Assembly (NCBI GenBank): GCA_965208675.1
Contig: OZ242351.1
Coordinates: 4,224,001-4,288,000 of the forward strand
Source: Candidatus Poribacteria bacterium
GTDB taxonomy: Bacteria; Poribacteria; WGA-4E; PCPOR2b
DNA: 64,000 nt
Direction of reading: 5' to 3'
Positions 62,233-64,000 of this stretch are shown piece after piece. A model generated the notes under the pieces. The model was given only the letters and a program-made list of their open reading frames with translations, was not told the origin of the DNA and searched no databases. Every line of letters begins with the position of its first letter. Within the stretch, counting starts at the first letter, position 1. Position numbers and translations under genes: made by a program.

Positions 62233-63420
62233 ATGAAAATGAACCTTGACGAAATCCAGCGCATTCTCAAATCATACGAGATTGATGGTTGGCTGTTGTA
62301 TGACTTCCGCGGCAGCAACCCAATCGCGCAACGTGTCTCCGGCGTGGCAGAAAGCGCGATTACGCGGCGTTGGTTGTGCTATATTCCGTCAAGCGGCGAG
62401 CCGACTTGGCTGATTCACCGCATTGAACTGTCCCATTTTTCCCAAGTGTCCGGCAGGGTGAAAACCTACGTGAGTTGGCGTGAACTGCACGATGAGATCG
62501 CGGCAATACTCTTCGATTGCGGCAAAGTAGCGATGGAATATTCTCCTAACGCCGCGATTCCCTATGTCTCAAGGGTAGATGCGGGTACACTGGAATTGAT
62601 TCAATCCTGCGGCGTGGAAGTTGTATCTTCTGGCAATTTAGTCCAGCACGTTGAGGCGTGTTTGACACATGAACAGTTTGAGACGCATCGGGAAGCGGCG
62701 CGTCTGATATTGGAGGTGAAAGATCTCGCTTTTGCTTGGATTGGCGAACAAGTCAAAATGGGCAATGCCATCTCGGAATATGATGTTCAATGTCTAATAA
62801 TGGAACGCTTTGAAGCCATGCATCTAATTGTGGGGCATCCGCCGATCGTGGCGGTCAATTCAAACAGCAGCGCCCCGCACTATTTTCCAACCGCTGCCGA
62901 ACACCAGCCGATTGCGGCGGACGATTTTATCCTAATCGATCTGTGGGCAAAAATGGATGTGCCGAACGCGGTTTATGGGGACACGACTTGGGTTGGCTAT
63001 GCTGGAAAGCAGGTTCCGGACAAATACGTGAAGATATTTGAGATTGTTCGTGACGCCCGCGATCTAGCCGTCGCATTCATTTGCGGCATGACCACGGCGG
63101 GGAATCAGATTTGCGGATATGAAGTTGATGAGGTTGCACGGAATTATATTGCAGAGAAGGGATACGGCGAATTTTTTATCCACCGTGTGGGACACAACAT
63201 CGGGACAGAATTACACGGGAACGGCGTCAATATTGACAACTTCGAAACGCGGGATGAACGGCCCCTAGTCCCGGGTATCTGTTTTTCCATTGAACCGGGA
63301 ATTTACCTCCCCGAATTTGGGATTAGGAGCGAAATTGACGTTTTTTTAGCTCGTCCAGAGCAAGGCGGCGTAATAGTGACAACCGCCCCAGTTCAAAATG
63401 AGGTATTGTCACTGCTGTAA
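62233..63420 (+). CDS. M24-family (Xaa-Pro) metallopeptidase
   Basis: 'PHY', 'LIDLW', 'GDTT', 'HRVGHNIG..HG', 'FSIEPGIY', 'GIRSE'. Confidence 0.9.
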   Translation: MKMNLDEIQRILKSYEIDGWLLYDFRGSNPIAQRVSGVAESAITRRWLCYIPSSGEPTWLIHRIELSHFSQVSGRVKTYVSWRELHDEIAAILFDCGKVAMEYSPNAAIPYVSRVDAGTLELIQSCGVEVVSSGNLVQHVEACLTHEQFETHREAARLILEVKDLAFAWIGEQVKMGNAISEYDVQCLIMERFEAMHLIVGHPPIVAVNSNSSAPHYFPTAAEHQPIAADDFILIDLWAKMDVPNAVYGDTTWVGYAGKQVPDKYVKIFEIVRDARDLAVAFICGMTTAGNQICGYEVDEVARNYIAEKGYGEFFIHRVGHNIGTELHGNGVNIDNFETRDERPLVPGICFSIEPGIYLPEFGIRSEIDVFLARPEQGGVIVTTAPVQNEVLSLL

Positions 63421-64000
63421 CTTTGTAATTGTGTCTTTTTAGATCGGCTAACACCCTGTTAAAATATGTCCGAGCGTTAATAATCCATTGCTTCGCGTCC
63501 CTGGGGTTCTGATTATCTCGTACAAGATTTGCCGCCCCGAGGCGGTAAACGAGATACCGTTTGTCATCGCGAGTATGTTGTTCAGGTACAAGCGTTCTAT
63601 CCGGTTCGGCGTCAACTGCACCGTCAATTTCAAGGACCCAGAAAAAATAATCCTCGTTATATCCGAGATAACCCATCTCCACATCGAGGCGGTTATCAGT
63701 TTCTGTGGGCAGAGATATTAGCGCAAAGTTTCGATTTAGAACCTGCGGATATATTGCGCTTAGAAATATCTGATCATAACCAGAGGGCTGCTTCGCGCGG
63801 TTGAGGAGTTCCAGCAATGTTTTTCGATCTTCCGTCTTGAGTTTCAGGCAGATTTGTGCAAAAACCTCATTACGCAAACTCATGACGCGCTGATCCAACG
63901 GAATTAAGTGCTTGGCGAGATCCTTAATTGCGCGGCGTTTCAAAGAAATATTCCAGAGCAGCCAACGTCCAATTTGATACCAAGTCTCCAGTTGAAGAAG
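63323..64000 (-). CDS. Hypothetical protein, 3' part (open to the window end)
   Basis: Minus frame stays open from 64000 to the stop at 63323; no family recognised. Confidence 0.6.
   Translation of the reverse strand, partial: LLQLETWYQIGRWLLWNISLKRRAIKDLAKHLIPLDQRVMSLRNEVFAQICLKLKTEDRKTLLELLNRAKQPSGYDQIFLSAIYPQVLNRNFALISLPTETDNRLDVEMGYLGYNEDYFFWVLEIDGAVDAEPDRTLVPEQHTRDDKRYLVYRLGAANLVRDNQNPRDAKQWIINARTYFNRVLADLKRHNYKVTAVTIPHFELGRLSLLRRLALDELKKRQFRS

Overview
A ~50% GC bacterial chromosomal segment that looks like Candidatus Poribacteria (sponge symbiont). This is inferred from three PhyH dioxygenases, a LamG paralog array, ankyrin/NHL/cadherin-like proteins and a DUF6785-type membrane protein. 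Housekeeping genes are uvrC, a second short UvrC-like nuclease, groES-groEL, mazG, rhaB, lpoB and a tRNA-Gly/Cys/Val operon. Main observations: (1) six secreted proteins of two folds (five LamG, one TolB-like) end in the same ~19-22 aa tail, [AS]V-E-[PS]-x-x-K-L-A-T-T-W-[GA]-x-[IL]-K, a candidate protein-sorting signal; (2) at least four clear sigma-54 promoters precede a cadherin-repeat adhesin (with a duplicated 180-bp enhancer block), a locus of two multi-PAS pseudo-receiver kinases plus a sigma-54 activator, a DUF4159 gene and groESL, and two weaker ones precede LamG paralogs; (3) an MTHFR-like flavoprotein is fused to a SAM-methyltransferase-like domain; (4) two MITE families carry REP/BIME-like hairpins; (5) a doubly deleted transporter pseudogene and a small decayed islet at 27.6-28.9 kb. 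All calls come from reading the sequence; no database searches were run.
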